DNA of 63,858 bases, counting the filler, from Stramenopiles sp. TOSAG23-2 (lineage: Eukaryota): NCBI GenBank assembly GCA_900128395.1. It is 17 parts of 17 records of this genome, joined end to end, with 100 filler letters (N's around TTAATTAATTAA, not from the genome) between each part and the next. Parts side by side here need not be neighbours in the genome. Positions count along the whole stretch, not along the records: positions 45,197 to 49,185 come from LT651034.1; positions 49,286 to 53,272 come from LT651035.1; positions 53,373 to 57,349 come from LT651036.1; 14 more parts are not named here. One strand, written 5' to 3'. The notes beneath the pieces were generated by a model, which was not told where the DNA came from, did no database searches, and saw nothing but the letters and a program-made list of their open reading frames with translations. Position 1 is the stretch's first letter. The number at the start of each line of letters is the position of its first letter. This document shows, piece after piece, positions 45,472 through 56,009 of this stretch. A program made the position numbers and the translations under genes.

Positions 45472-46569
45472 TCAAACAATATCATCGCCTTTTAGTTCCT
45501 GTTCTATTGCTTTTTCGTTCATTTCTTTCTCTTTATCGAAGAACTCTTCAGCTTTCTCTATTGGTGTAACTTTTACAACTTGATCTCGTTTAAACAAACG
45601 TGTTTTAAGACGATCTTGAGATTTTTTTCGTTTTCCATGCAAATGTTTTTCAACATGCTGTTCATTATTTTTTTCCCATTCTTTAATCATTGTTTGAGTG
45701 AAACTTCTATTTCTCTTTTTACTACCACTTTTCTTTTTCTTCTTTTTCTTACTACTATTAACACCACTACCATCATCTTTTTTACTTTTTTTCTTTTTTG
45801 TTGATGGAATATAATTGTTTGAATGAGATTTCCAATACAATATTGCTTGTTCTAATGCATGATTATCGATAAAATCATCTTCTACTATTGGTACATCATT
45901 AGTCATCGGGGAAAGTATTGTATTAGAAGTATTTCGTTTGATATATTTAAGAATTTTTTTTTTTTCATATGTAAAACCATCCGATTTGCAAAAATAAGGG
46001 TGTTTCATAACCCTCATAGAAATTGGACATATGAAGTCGACGTAGGCATTCGAATGGTTTGCCATTTTTTCTATTATTTTCTCTTTTTGTTGTTGTTCCT
46101 TTGTTTTACTTCTAATTACAACATTCCAATTTTTTACATCTTCTTCCTCATTATTTTTCCCAATGTTTATATTTATATCATCATCATCATCATCATCATC
46201 ATCATCGCTGTTTGATTCTATAGCTTCTTTTTTCTTCTGTCGTTGCGTTAATCGCTTTTGTAATTTAGCTTTACTCTGTTTTCTTTTTGCTGTTATCAAT
46301 GCACTTTTAGTTTCTAATGAATCTTTGTAATTTTGTGCGACATTTGTTGTGAAAGATCTCTTGCGTGTTAATGGTTTTTTTTTAATTCTCAACTTTCCAC
46401 TTTTAATCCATTTATCAATTGCATATTTTAAGCTTTTATTTGCATATAATTTATGCGACTGTAATGGCTCGCCAGTAACTATACTAATTTTTTTACTACT
46501 ACTACTATTATTATTATTATCATTAATGTTCGTATTATTTAAAAACTTGGAAATATTTTCACGTTGATA
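45472..46569 (-). CDS. U-box protein with two U-box units (5'-truncated)
   Basis: FICPISMRVMKHP..DGFTYEK..SPMT..NHALEQAI; upstream in frame is the second half of another U-box (YQRENISKFL..VTGEPL..NKSLKYAIDKW). Confidence 0.8.
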   Translation of the reverse strand, partial: YQRENISKFLNNTNINDNNNNSSSSKKISIVTGEPLQSHKLYANKSLKYAIDKWIKSGKLRIKKKPLTRKRSFTTNVAQNYKDSLETKSALITAKRKQSKAKLQKRLTQRQKKKEAIESNSDDDDDDDDDDININIGKNNEEEDVKNWNVVIRSKTKEQQQKEKIIEKMANHSNAYVDFICPISMRVMKHPYFCKSDGFTYEKKKILKYIKRNTSNTILSPMTNDVPIVEDDFIDNHALEQAILYWKSHSNNYIPSTKKKKSKKDDGSGVNSSKKKKKKKSGSKKRNRSFTQTMIKEWEKNNEQHVEKHLHGKRKKSQDRLKTRLFKRDQVVKVTPIEKAEEFFDKEKEMNEKAIEQELKGDDIV

Positions 46570-46940
46570 CTACAACAAATGCAGCAACAACTACAACAGC
46601 GTCAGTGTCAACAGCTACTACATCAGCTGCATCAGTATCAATCGCTAATACAACATCAATTGCACCAACAACTACAACAGCGTCAGTGTCAACAGCTACT
46701 ACATCAGCTGCATCAGTACCAATCGCTAATACAACATCAATTGCACCATTGCCAACTGTAGCTACCACAACGATAGTGGCAACATCAAAAGTAACGACAA
46801 CTAAAATTTCTCCAACATCACGTTTATCAAATACACCCAAGGAAAATGGCGGGGAGGAGGAGTTGTCAAATAGTATCACAAATACAATGTCGACAATTTC
46901 AATTATTATTGTATTTATCATGACAATTGGTAATTTATAA
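46569..46940 (+). CDS. 3' end of Thr/Ser-rich mucin-like, probably GPI-anchored protein
   Basis: 72-bp repeated unit TTTTASVSTATTSAASV..., hydrophobic C-terminus, no ATG. Confidence 0.6.
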   Translation, partial: TTTNAATTTTASVSTATTSAASVSIANTTSIAPTTTTASVSTATTSAASVPIANTTSIAPLPTVATTTIVATSKVTTTKISPTSRLSNTPKENGGEEELSNSITNTMSTISIIIVFIMTIGNL

Positions 46941-47536
46941 AAAAAAAGAATCATTAAGACATATAGATGGAGATAATGTATATATAAAACAGAGAGAGAG
47001 AGAGAAAGGACAAGAAGAATGATGAACCATCAATTTAAAACAGATGCAAACCTCCATTTCTTGGATCGAGTATTGAGTACGAGTATATATACGAGTATAT
47101 ATATTTACCACGACGTGTGAGTGATTTATATAAAAATCAAAAACCACTTACGACGTATTAAAAAAATTTAAATTTTCTCCCCCATCAAATGACATTACCT
47201 GTATAGAGAATACTCAAAAGAATACACTCACGTTTTATTGCAATGCAAATGACACATCTCAAAATGTTTTTTTATAATTTTTTCAACCATACATCAATTA
47301 TTTTAATTTCGTAGTCTAATTTATTATTAAATTTTGTTACCTGTTATTTATATAGTAGTTGGTGTGGAATTTGCACATTTGATAGGTATATTTTAGATAT
47401 TTGTACTACTATGGGTGTATTTTAATTTTTTTGGTTAAAAAAGTATAGCTATACCTGGTATAGTTGAAGTAAAAAAAAGCAATAATGATGAGCATCACGT
47501 TAACGTGCATGAAAAAAAATTCATACAGTATCCTTC

Positions 47537-47863
47537 TTATAACTCGCTCGACCCATCCCTAATATACATTTCCATTTCTTCTAAAAGTTCATCCTTTGAT
47601 TTTCCACCACATTTCTTGTAGTAATCAAACAAATCAGTTATATGCGTTGAATTTGAATGAGTCATAAATTCAATAAAAAGTTTTAATCCATTATCAAGGC
47701 TAGGTGCAAATTCTTTAACTTCTTTTAATTGCTGGATTCTTCGATCTTTTTGTATTTTTTTATCCACCACATTACTTAATTTAATATCGTCGACAACTAT
47801 CATTCCTACTCCACTCTTACCAATTTTTTCGATTCTAGTATGGGTAAAAAAATGCCAGCGCAT
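47537..47863 (-). CDS. Short hypothetical ORF or gene fragment
   Basis: 108 aa with protein-like composition, starting 50 bp after the stop of the Cys-rich gene. Confidence 0.35.
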   Translation of the reverse strand: MRWHFFTHTRIEKIGKSGVGMIVVDDIKLSNVVDKKIQKDRRIQQLKEVKEFAPSLDNGLKLFIEFMTHSNSTHITDLFDYYKKCGGKSKDELLEEMEMYIRDGSSEL

Positions 47864-47912
47864 ACGATTTAAACAACCTCGAATTGTTTTGCCAGTCTTG
47901 GCCTATATGGCT

Positions 47913-48458
47913 TCAAATTCTTTTAGCTTGCATCACTGGTGGAGCAACCATCTGAACAACTTGTTGTTGAGGTGGGGCCACAACAGTGATATTGATGTTA
48001 TCAAATTGCTCGCCATACTTTTCTGGCATCAGTGTTGCCCAGTTCCCACAACATTTGCACACGCACTTATAGTTCGCACAGCAATTCAAGCAAAGAAAAT
48101 TAACCACACAAGGTGAGGTGTCGTTACAAGGAATTCCACATCTTGAGTCACAACAGCAACATTGTCCTTGTTGTGTACAGCATGTTGTGCACTGAACGCA
48201 ATAGCACCCGTTTTCGTTGCACGTAAAACATATCTTTTTCTCAGACTCCGTTGAATCAGTGCATTTACAACATTTGCACGAATCCATGCAACAGCAACAA
48301 GTCGACTCGTTTGTGCATCCAAAGCAATCAGCACAATCAGAGTAAAAGTTGCAGGTGTAACAACAAAATGCAAAGCAGGGCATCAACTTATTAATTTTTA
48401 CGTTTCCGTGATCAACAGATTGTTTTCGTGCATGTTGCACCGTAACTGTCTGGGACAT
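47913..48458 (-). CDS. Extremely Cys-rich small protein
   Basis: First ATG at 48458; 36 Cys counted in about 115 residues, including CCCC twice; no signal peptide. Confidence 0.8.
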   Translation of the reverse strand: MSQTVTVQHARKQSVDHGNVKINKLMPCFAFCCYTCNFYSDCADCFGCTNESTCCCCMDSCKCCKCTDSTESEKKICFTCNENGCYCVQCTTCCTQQGQCCCCDSRCGIPCNDTSPCVVNFLCLNCCANYKCVCKCCGNWATLMPEKYGEQFDNINITVVAPPQQQVVQMVAPPVMQAKRI

Positions 48459-49352
48459 CGTAATATCTTTTATCAACGTAAATAATGCGCGCTCAACAAA
48501 CGTTTGTTTAACAGTTATAGTAGTAAAAATGTACCCAAGGTTCAAAGGTTGTTGTTGGTGATATTATAACATAATATATTTACATTCTTCTTCTCTTCTC
48601 TTCTCGCTTCCTGCGTGGTATACTACAGTATATAATAACTTGATCATCATCATATATTCAAAAAAAAGTCAAGATCCAAAACAGCATAACACAGCATTGC
48701 GAGACTTCCAGACTTATAATAGTATAGATATTAATAGTTACTCGGTCCCTTCACACTAATGGTGTCTCCTCTATCTGTCTGCTTCACTCCTTTTAAAATG
48801 GAGCAAGGAGCGTAGCGACGTATAGAAATTAATAGTCGATAATATCTTGTTTATTCCATTTTCCGGCCTCAGAAAAGAGCTAGAGCTAGATATTAGGTCA
48901 TAACAAATATTTATTAAGGTAAATATCCCAGCAATATTACATCAGGAGTATATACAAATACGTACTTTGCCATATAGGATTTAGATTGGATTTTGTATTT
49001 TAATTTTAATTGTGTTTTGTTGTTTTTACATGCTGGCTGGGCTGGGCGCTGGGCATGCAATGATGTGGTGGTCTATTCCTTAATGCACGTTTTGCTTTTT
49101 GCTTTTGTCTAATTTTGAATAATTGAAGACTATAAATACAAATTTCTTTAGAGTAATAAGATATAGTCGTCTATACGTTGGATTTNNNNNNNNNNNNNNN
49201 NNNNNNNNNNNNNNNNNNNNNNNNNNNNNTTAATTAATTAANNNNNNNNNNNNNNNNNNNNNNNNNNNNNNNNNNNNNNNNNNNNAAAAAAAAAAAAAAA
49301 AATTTCGCCATCTTTAATGTAGATAACTCTAATTATAAAAAATTTAATTCTT

Positions 49353-50636
49353 TCACAATTTACTACTCTTCAACATTTTTTTCAAGACTAATTGAATAAC
49401 ATCTTCTGATACATTTGCATTTCGTAATATTTCTTCTGTATCTTCCCCTAAATTTGGGACTTTACCTTTTGGTTTAATAACAATTTGTTTTCCATTTGTA
49501 TGTGAACTAAAATCAACTGGTGTTGCGATTGTCTGAACTTCATCATGCCAATTTGATTTTGGTATTTTAACAATTGCTGGTTTTGCTTGTACATCATATT
49601 TCATTACATCTTCAGGTGTTTGTGCTATTGCAAATACAATATCTTCTTCCAAACAACCTTTTTCTAAATCTTTCATATTCATTTTCGCAATCGCTTCTTC
49701 AAAATGTTTATACAATAATTTCCCATTGATATTTGTACGCCGTAATGCAGTTTTATTAAAACGATTATCGGTAATTAAATCTGGTCGACCAATGACTTTA
49801 CATAAATTACTAAATTTTTGCCGTGTATCTGCTTTTATATAAATTAATTTCTTATCTTTTGTTCTATAAAATCCTGATAATGGACCTTGTCCCCAATATG
49901 GTTGCGTTGCAGAGTAAGGCGTCATGTTGCGTACATCTGCATGTTTACTATGATTTCCATTTAATATCAATGCATATGAATTAGCCCAACTATTTAGATA
50001 CAAACCACTGCGCATTAAACTTCCATCAACAACACAACCTTTACCAGTTTGTTTTTTTTGATATAATGCAGCACTAATACCACCTGCAACAGCTAAGCCA
50101 GTGGCATGATCGACAAAACCACCTGCTAACATTGGTGGTAACTTATTATCATAACTACGAAATGATTCTGCTAGACCTGCACGAGCCCATGCTGCAGTAG
50201 GTTCATATGCTGGTAAATCTTTGTCTGGGCCGTATCGTCCATAGCCAGTGATTCGTCCAATTACTAAAGCTGGATATTTTTTTAATAATTCATTTGAACC
50301 TAAATGTAAACGTTTTAATGCTTCTTCACGTAAATTAGAAACAAATACGTCTGTATCTTGAAACATTTTATCTAATATTTCCCTTTCAATTGGATTTTTT
50401 AAATCTAACGTAATTGATTGTTTTCCACGTGAATCTAGAAAAAACAGCGGAGATACTTGTTCTGGTTTATTTTTATCCACTCCGTTCAATTGAAAATATT
50501 GCATTCTTGATCTATCTCCATATGGTTCAATTTTTGTTACGCTTGCACCCCAATCCGCTAAAATACCTGCACACGATGGTCCAGCAATTGCAACTGCTAA
50601 TTCTAACACTTTAACATTGGATAAAGGTGATGTCAT
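49353..50636 (-). CDS. CaiB/BaiF family III CoA-transferase, peroxisomal
   Basis: PLSNVKVLEL..IAGP..LADWGASVTKIEP, RGKQSITLDLK, ITGYG..GP, PNLGEDT; ends SKL. Confidence 0.92.
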   Translation of the reverse strand: MTSPLSNVKVLELAVAIAGPSCAGILADWGASVTKIEPYGDRSRMQYFQLNGVDKNKPEQVSPLFFLDSRGKQSITLDLKNPIEREILDKMFQDTDVFVSNLREEALKRLHLGSNELLKKYPALVIGRITGYGRYGPDKDLPAYEPTAAWARAGLAESFRSYDNKLPPMLAGGFVDHATGLAVAGGISAALYQKKQTGKGCVVDGSLMRSGLYLNSWANSYALILNGNHSKHADVRNMTPYSATQPYWGQGPLSGFYRTKDKKLIYIKADTRQKFSNLCKVIGRPDLITDNRFNKTALRRTNINGKLLYKHFEEAIAKMNMKDLEKGCLEEDIVFAIAQTPEDVMKYDVQAKPAIVKIPKSNWHDEVQTIATPVDFSSHTNGKQIVIKPKGKVPNLGEDTEEILRNANVSEDVIQLVLKKMLKSSKL

Positions 50637-50882
50637 GTCTCTGTTTTCTTTGTATAATATTGTTATATTATTTGTACACGATCGTATCTTTGTTTCTGCT
50701 AATACAGTATGTATGTATATATTGGTTATTTATATTATATTGGTTGTTTTTTTGTACTAGAGAGGAGAGTTATAATAAATTCAATAATAAAGAAGAGAGT
50801 TAGACAGGGAGAAGACGGGGTGATTAATTCGCTATAATAATATTAATACGCACACAGCAGGCGGGGTATAGTTGTTGTTGTT

Positions 50883-52452
50883 GTTGTGGTAGTATTTAAT
50901 TGTACTATATAGGTAATACCCGTTACTATAATACTAGTCAATACAGACTTGGGACTGTTCTTATGTTATTTTTAGAGTCCTTTAAAATCGATTCCCCTCA
51001 GGATTTTTTTACGCTCAAACATTTACTCTTATATCATTCTTTCACATGCATATATATTTATTTATTTACTTTAATTATGCAGCCTTTTTAGTGTTAATGA
51101 AGCATAGTTTTAGTTTTTAATTAATAGCTGAAAATGTTTGAAAACTTTTGGAAACTCTAGAGGACTGCTGTGTATATATTATTTTGAAAACTTACCGATC
51201 TACTACTTGCATCACATGGCGCGGTTTTTTAAAGAAGATCTTTATCATCTATGACTACTACTTTTTTCTTTTTTGGACCCAAAAGTGGTTCAGGTTTATT
51301 TTCAGCGCGCCCTCGTTTCAAGCTCTTTAATTCTGTAAAAAGCTCTGCCGTGTGTTCACTTGCCTTACGTATAACCGTCTCCAAAAGTATTGCATTGCTC
51401 GTAAAATTGTTCAAGTTTTGGTCGAGGTCATCTTTGCTGCTACTGTTGCTTGAATTTTTCTTTGCTTCCTTTTCTGCTGCCACCAGCAATAACGTTTTTG
51501 CCCCTGGTGGCAGCTGTCTTGTCTCTCGTAGATTTAGAAACTGTTTTTTCTTTTCTTCGAACGATATGTTGTTGTCGAGACTTAGAATGTTGTTTTCTGC
51601 CTTGTCCAACATTGTGTCATATGCCGGATTAAGATTGTTAAGATTGTTACGTGGCGGAAAACGGCCTCCATTACGACCAGGTGGTCCATACTCGTTATTC
51701 GTTCTAGTAGAGCTGTTGTTGTTTCCTCCTATAACATGCTGGAAGCGACAGTTTTGTCCCCGCGTACATCTACCTTTTTGAAAATCAAAACATATGCTTT
51801 TGCTTTTTTGGGTGTTACCATAATTACTATAGTTTCTACCATTGTATCCTGGCAAAGCTGGCGGCCATCCAGGTGGAATAGTAGAGGTAGGCGGTTGTAT
51901 ATTTCCATTATTAGGTGCAGTCATGATTCTATGAAATATGTTCCAGTGTTTCAGTAATTTGCTCTTGGGATATATATATATATCTTTGTATTTGTACCTG
52001 TATGTGTGTGTGTATGTGTAGTATGTTATCTATGTTAGTTTGCTACAAGCGCTTCAATTACCAGTTTTCACAATTGTAAAAGTGTCTTTGCAGAAAAAAA
52101 TAGTTGTGGTAGTATTTAATTGTACTATATAGGTAATACCCGTTACTATAATACTAGTCAATACAGACTTGGGACTGTTCTTATGTTATTTTTAGAGTCC
52201 TTTAAAATCGATTCCCCTCAGGATTTTTTTACGCTCAAACATTTACTCTTATATCATTCTTTCACATGCATATATATTTATTTATTTACTTTAATTATGC
52301 AGCCTTTTTAGTGTTAATGAAGCATAGTTTTAGTTTTTAATTAATAGCTGAAAATGTTTGAAAACTTTTGGAAACTCTAGAGGACTGCTGTGTATATATT
52401 ATTTTGAAAACTTACCGATCTACTACTTGCATCACATGGCGCGGTTTTTTAA
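50883..52452 (-). mobile_element. LTR-like unit: two 350-bp direct repeats around an 870-bp interior
   Basis: 50883-51232 and 52103-52452 read as identical; the interior carries a CCCH ORF. Confidence 0.55.
51229..51924 (-). CDS. CCCH zinc-finger protein (possibly gag/ORF1-like)
   Basis: ICFDFQKGRCTRGQNCRFQH (C-x7-C-x5-C-x3-H); stop codon lies inside the repeat boundary. Confidence 0.8.
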   Translation of the reverse strand: MTAPNNGNIQPPTSTIPPGWPPALPGYNGRNYSNYGNTQKSKSICFDFQKGRCTRGQNCRFQHVIGGNNNSSTRTNNEYGPPGRNGGRFPPRNNLNNLNPAYDTMLDKAENNILSLDNNISFEEKKKQFLNLRETRQLPPGAKTLLLVAAEKEAKKNSSNSSSKDDLDQNLNNFTSNAILLETVIRKASEHTAELFTELKSLKRGRAENKPEPLLGPKKKKVVVIDDKDLL

Positions 52453-52586
52453 TCTTCTTGGATTCTACTTCTTTGTACTTGTGTAATCTAGTTTTTGTTG
52501 TCTCTATATCATATTCCTGGGTACTGTTTAATAGTTATTAGTATATTAGATATAGACCACCATAGCATACTATAATTATTACTATC

Positions 52587-53270
52587 CTACTTTTTATTAA
52601 ATATATCCTTCCACTGGCCTTCACTATCTGGTCCAAAATTTCTATTACTATTTATATTACTTGATGATTCATTATTAGTTTCATTTTCATTTAGATTGTT
52701 TACGATTGTTGTTGTTCCTTTGATTATATCTGTACAATATCGATCCTCATCATTTACAAAAGATGACGATTGGGATTCTCCAACACTATTATAACTTGGA
52801 TAATTAAGATGATTATTTGATAATAAAGAGTTATTATTATATGATGACATATAGCGAGGATTACTTTGTCCATTCTCTCTAGAACAACATTGTATTAAAT
52901 AATACATCAACCAACCTAGGAGCATTAATACCATTGTGCCAAATCCTCCTATCATGGTATAAAATGCAACTTTATCGTTTGGTTTATACCATTGCACTTC
53001 ATAATAATTAGTATCATCAGACGGTGAAGAACACCCATTGTACCAGCAAGAGCTATTTGAGTTTATTGGATGTTCCTTATTTGCAGCGTTATAAGCTATT
53101 CCAGAGTGAGCATAACCATACATTGATTCAATATCTGAATAAATTTTTCTATCTAATTCTTTTACATAATAATTTACATCCCAAATTCCATAATAGCTGC
53201 AGCTTGTGTGAGTATTATCCCTACGCTTCGATCCTGTACGAGTGGTGCTGCAACGAAATACAGTGCCTAT
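52587..53270 (-). CDS. 3' part of a single-pass membrane protein
   Basis: Frame open to the contig end; TM helix followed by CC and an N/S-rich tail. Confidence 0.6.
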   Translation of the reverse strand: MGTVFRCSTTRTGSKRRDNTHTSCSYYGIWDVNYYVKELDRKIYSDIESMYGYAHSGIAYNAANKEHPINSNSSCWYNGCSSPSDDTNYYEVQWYKPNDKVAFYTMIGGFGTMVLMLLGWLMYYLIQCCSRENGQSNPRYMSSYNNNSLLSNNHLNYPSYNSVGESQSSSFVNDEDRYCTDIIKGTTTIVNNLNENETNNESSSNINSNRNFGPDSEGQWKDIFNKK

Positions 53271-53675
53271 TTNNNNNNNNNNNNNNNNNNNNNNNNNNNN
53301 NNNNNNNNNNNNNNNNTTAATTAATTAANNNNNNNNNNNNNNNNNNNNNNNNNNNNNNNNNNNNNNNNNNNNGGGAGAGAGCGTCGTGTTTTTCCAAGTG
53401 GGCCATGTTGATCGCAAACTATTTGTATAAATTAAAAAAAAAAAAATAATAATAGAAAATAAATTCAATAAAGATACAAATTAAAATACTGTATAAATCA
53501 ATAAAATAATAATAAAAAGGCTAATGTTGCTAATTAGTACATAATTATAGATATGGTAATGGAAATCTGTTCGCATGTTATTTGCAATGTGCATTTCAGA
53601 AATTAATATAGTATCAGAAACAAAATAAATAAGCAGGTGAGAAAAAAAGAAATATAAAATACAGAAATAAATATT

Positions 53676-56009
53676 ATGAATAACAAATCAACAATTATTA
53701 TTGTTATTATAGCAATAATTGTATATTATGTATATTATCAATTAAACCCATTTATACAACGTATATTGGATATACGAACTATTACTATATCAAATGAAGA
53801 TAAAGCAAAAGATGCAATCAAGTTAGGAGTATTAGGTACAGCTGCAATTACTGAAAATGCAATTATTTACCCTGCTGGAAAGCTACGTCACATTGTGGTA
53901 TATGGTATTGCAGCACGAGATATTAACCGTGCATTATCATATGCGAAAAAATTTAAAATTCCAAATGTATTTGAAACATATGAAGATTTAATAAATGATC
54001 CAAATATTGATGCAATTTACAATCCGTTGCCGAATGGACTACATGCTTATTGGACAATTAAAGCATTAAATGCTGGAAAAGCAGTATTGTGTGAAAAACC
54101 CATAGCATCAAATGCGTATGAAGCAAAGGAAATGTTAAAAGCAGCTGAAAAAAATAATGCATTACTTGTGGAAGCTGTTCATTCACGATTTCATCCAGTT
54201 GCAAAGCATGTATATGATTTAATACATACGTCCAAGGTCATTGGTAATATTCAACATGTTTCAACAAACTTCAATATTAATGATCGATTATTTCCAAATC
54301 CTGGCGATAAAGATATTCGTTACAATGTAAATGGTCAATATCCGGAATTAGCAGGAGGTTCAACTATGGATGCGGGTTTTTATGCAATTAACTTCATGCG
54401 TTATTTTGCAAATGAGGAACCAATTTTAAATGAGATTCAAAGTACTATGGTTGAACGATTTGAAAATGTTGATTCAAGTGCAAATGCAAATTTCACATTT
54501 CCATCTGGATTTACTGGTGATATAGCTTGTTCATTTCGTAGTATGATTCCTTCTGCATCGGCAACAATAGAAGGAACAAATGGAAAAATATATGTCATGA
54601 ATTATTTAGCTCCATTTATTTACCACCGTATTGATATTTATGATAAAAATAATAACATTATTAAAACAGAAAAGCATTATGGTGGAGAAAATAATAACGA
54701 TGGTACTACAACATATCAGTATCAATTAAATACATTTGCAAATGCATTATACAACAACAAAAATGCAAGAGCATTGAAAGAAATTGAAGAGTCTGGTAGT
54801 ATGCAAGAAGCTATATTAAATATGAAAGTAATTGATATGGTATACCGTAAAGCTGGATTGTCAATACGTAAAGGTTTTGATTTTCAACATGTGACAGACG
54901 ATGTGAAGAAAGGGGAGGAGTCTGAGGAGGACAACAAAGAAGAAGTTAAAAGAAGAATGAAATGGAATCAATTAATTACCACTAACACTTTATTGGAAAG
55001 ATCATCGCATGGAATATCAGTAGTAAATATTAACGGTATTCGCAAGCTAGTCGTTTTTGGTGGTGAAAATATTGCAAGAACACCAATTGATAATAAAGTC
55101 CATGTTTTAAATTTATCCAGTCCATTCACAACAACGACAACGACATTGACATGGGAAGAACAGAAATTGTCTTCTGCAAGCAAAAATATCGATATCCCAA
55201 AAGCAAGAATTGCACATGCACAAGCATCTGTTGATAGTAAAATATATATATTCGGTGGTAGACAATCACTTACGATGGAGGAAGCCCCATTGAACGATTT
55301 ATACTCATTTGATGTTAGTACATCTATATGGGAAAATTTATCACCAACAAAGAGTGATATGATGGTTGATGTACCTACACCTAGATCGTTTCATAAAATG
55401 TTATCAGTGGGCAATACATTATATGTATTTGGTGGATGTGGAAAGAAAGGTAGATTATCTGATTTATATTCTTACGATATAATAGCAAAACATTGGGTAA
55501 AATTACCGGATAATGGCGATATGATTTCTGGTAGAGGTGGTGCAGGATTCACATATTCTATTGATTTAAAATCTTTATTTATTATTGGTGGATTTTCAGG
55601 AAAAGAAATGAATGATGTTTTTCGTTATGATATTGAAGCCCGGCGTTATTATGAAATTTATAGTCACGAAGACAAAAATAATCCGGTAAGACCTTTTAGC
55701 GTTAGCTGTGGTGGGGTATTAAATAACATGATATATTATTTTGGTGGGGAAGTTGATCCATCCCAAAATGGTCATGAAGGTGCAGGCGATTTTAGCAATG
55801 AAGTACAAATGTTAGATGGTATTACTGGAAAGGTCATGACTACACACAAGATAGCTGGTAATGAAAAACCATTAGCACGTGGATGGTCAGATGCCACAAC
55901 ATTTCTGGATGATAATGGGAATGAAAATTTAATTATTTTTGGTGGACTTAGTGGTAATGATGAAAATCCAAAACGATTAAATGATATTTGGATATTGAGG
56001 AAGGTGTAG
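53676..56009 (+). CDS. Fusion: membrane-anchored Gfo/Idh/MocA oxidoreductase + nitrile-specifier-like kelch propeller
   Basis: GVLGTAAI, YNPLPNGLH, LCEKP, GGSTMDAGFY; then RSSH, FGGE..PIDN, PRSFH, RGGAG, FGGEVDPSQNGHEGAG, ARGW, FGGL..RLND. Confidence 0.88.
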   Translation: MNNKSTIIIVIIAIIVYYVYYQLNPFIQRILDIRTITISNEDKAKDAIKLGVLGTAAITENAIIYPAGKLRHIVVYGIAARDINRALSYAKKFKIPNVFETYEDLINDPNIDAIYNPLPNGLHAYWTIKALNAGKAVLCEKPIASNAYEAKEMLKAAEKNNALLVEAVHSRFHPVAKHVYDLIHTSKVIGNIQHVSTNFNINDRLFPNPGDKDIRYNVNGQYPELAGGSTMDAGFYAINFMRYFANEEPILNEIQSTMVERFENVDSSANANFTFPSGFTGDIACSFRSMIPSASATIEGTNGKIYVMNYLAPFIYHRIDIYDKNNNIIKTEKHYGGENNNDGTTTYQYQLNTFANALYNNKNARALKEIEESGSMQEAILNMKVIDMVYRKAGLSIRKGFDFQHVTDDVKKGEESEEDNKEEVKRRMKWNQLITTNTLLERSSHGISVVNINGIRKLVVFGGENIARTPIDNKVHVLNLSSPFTTTTTTLTWEEQKLSSASKNIDIPKARIAHAQASVDSKIYIFGGRQSLTMEEAPLNDLYSFDVSTSIWENLSPTKSDMMVDVPTPRSFHKMLSVGNTLYVFGGCGKKGRLSDLYSYDIIAKHWVKLPDNGDMISGRGGAGFTYSIDLKSLFIIGGFSGKEMNDVFRYDIEARRYYEIYSHEDKNNPVRPFSVSCGGVLNNMIYYFGGEVDPSQNGHEGAGDFSNEVQMLDGITGKVMTTHKIAGNEKPLARGWSDATTFLDDNGNENLIIFGGLSGNDENPKRLNDIWILRKV

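Noticed and set aside
48800-48826. Helitron-like end GAGCGTAGCGACGTATAG
   Set aside because: Single occurrence, no convincing hairpin or CTRR terminus.
51150-51232. Spliced-leader RNA or hammerhead ribozyme in the 350-bp repeat
   Set aside because: A GGTAAGT donor-like site exists, but I found no Sm site and no CTGATGA/GAAA core.
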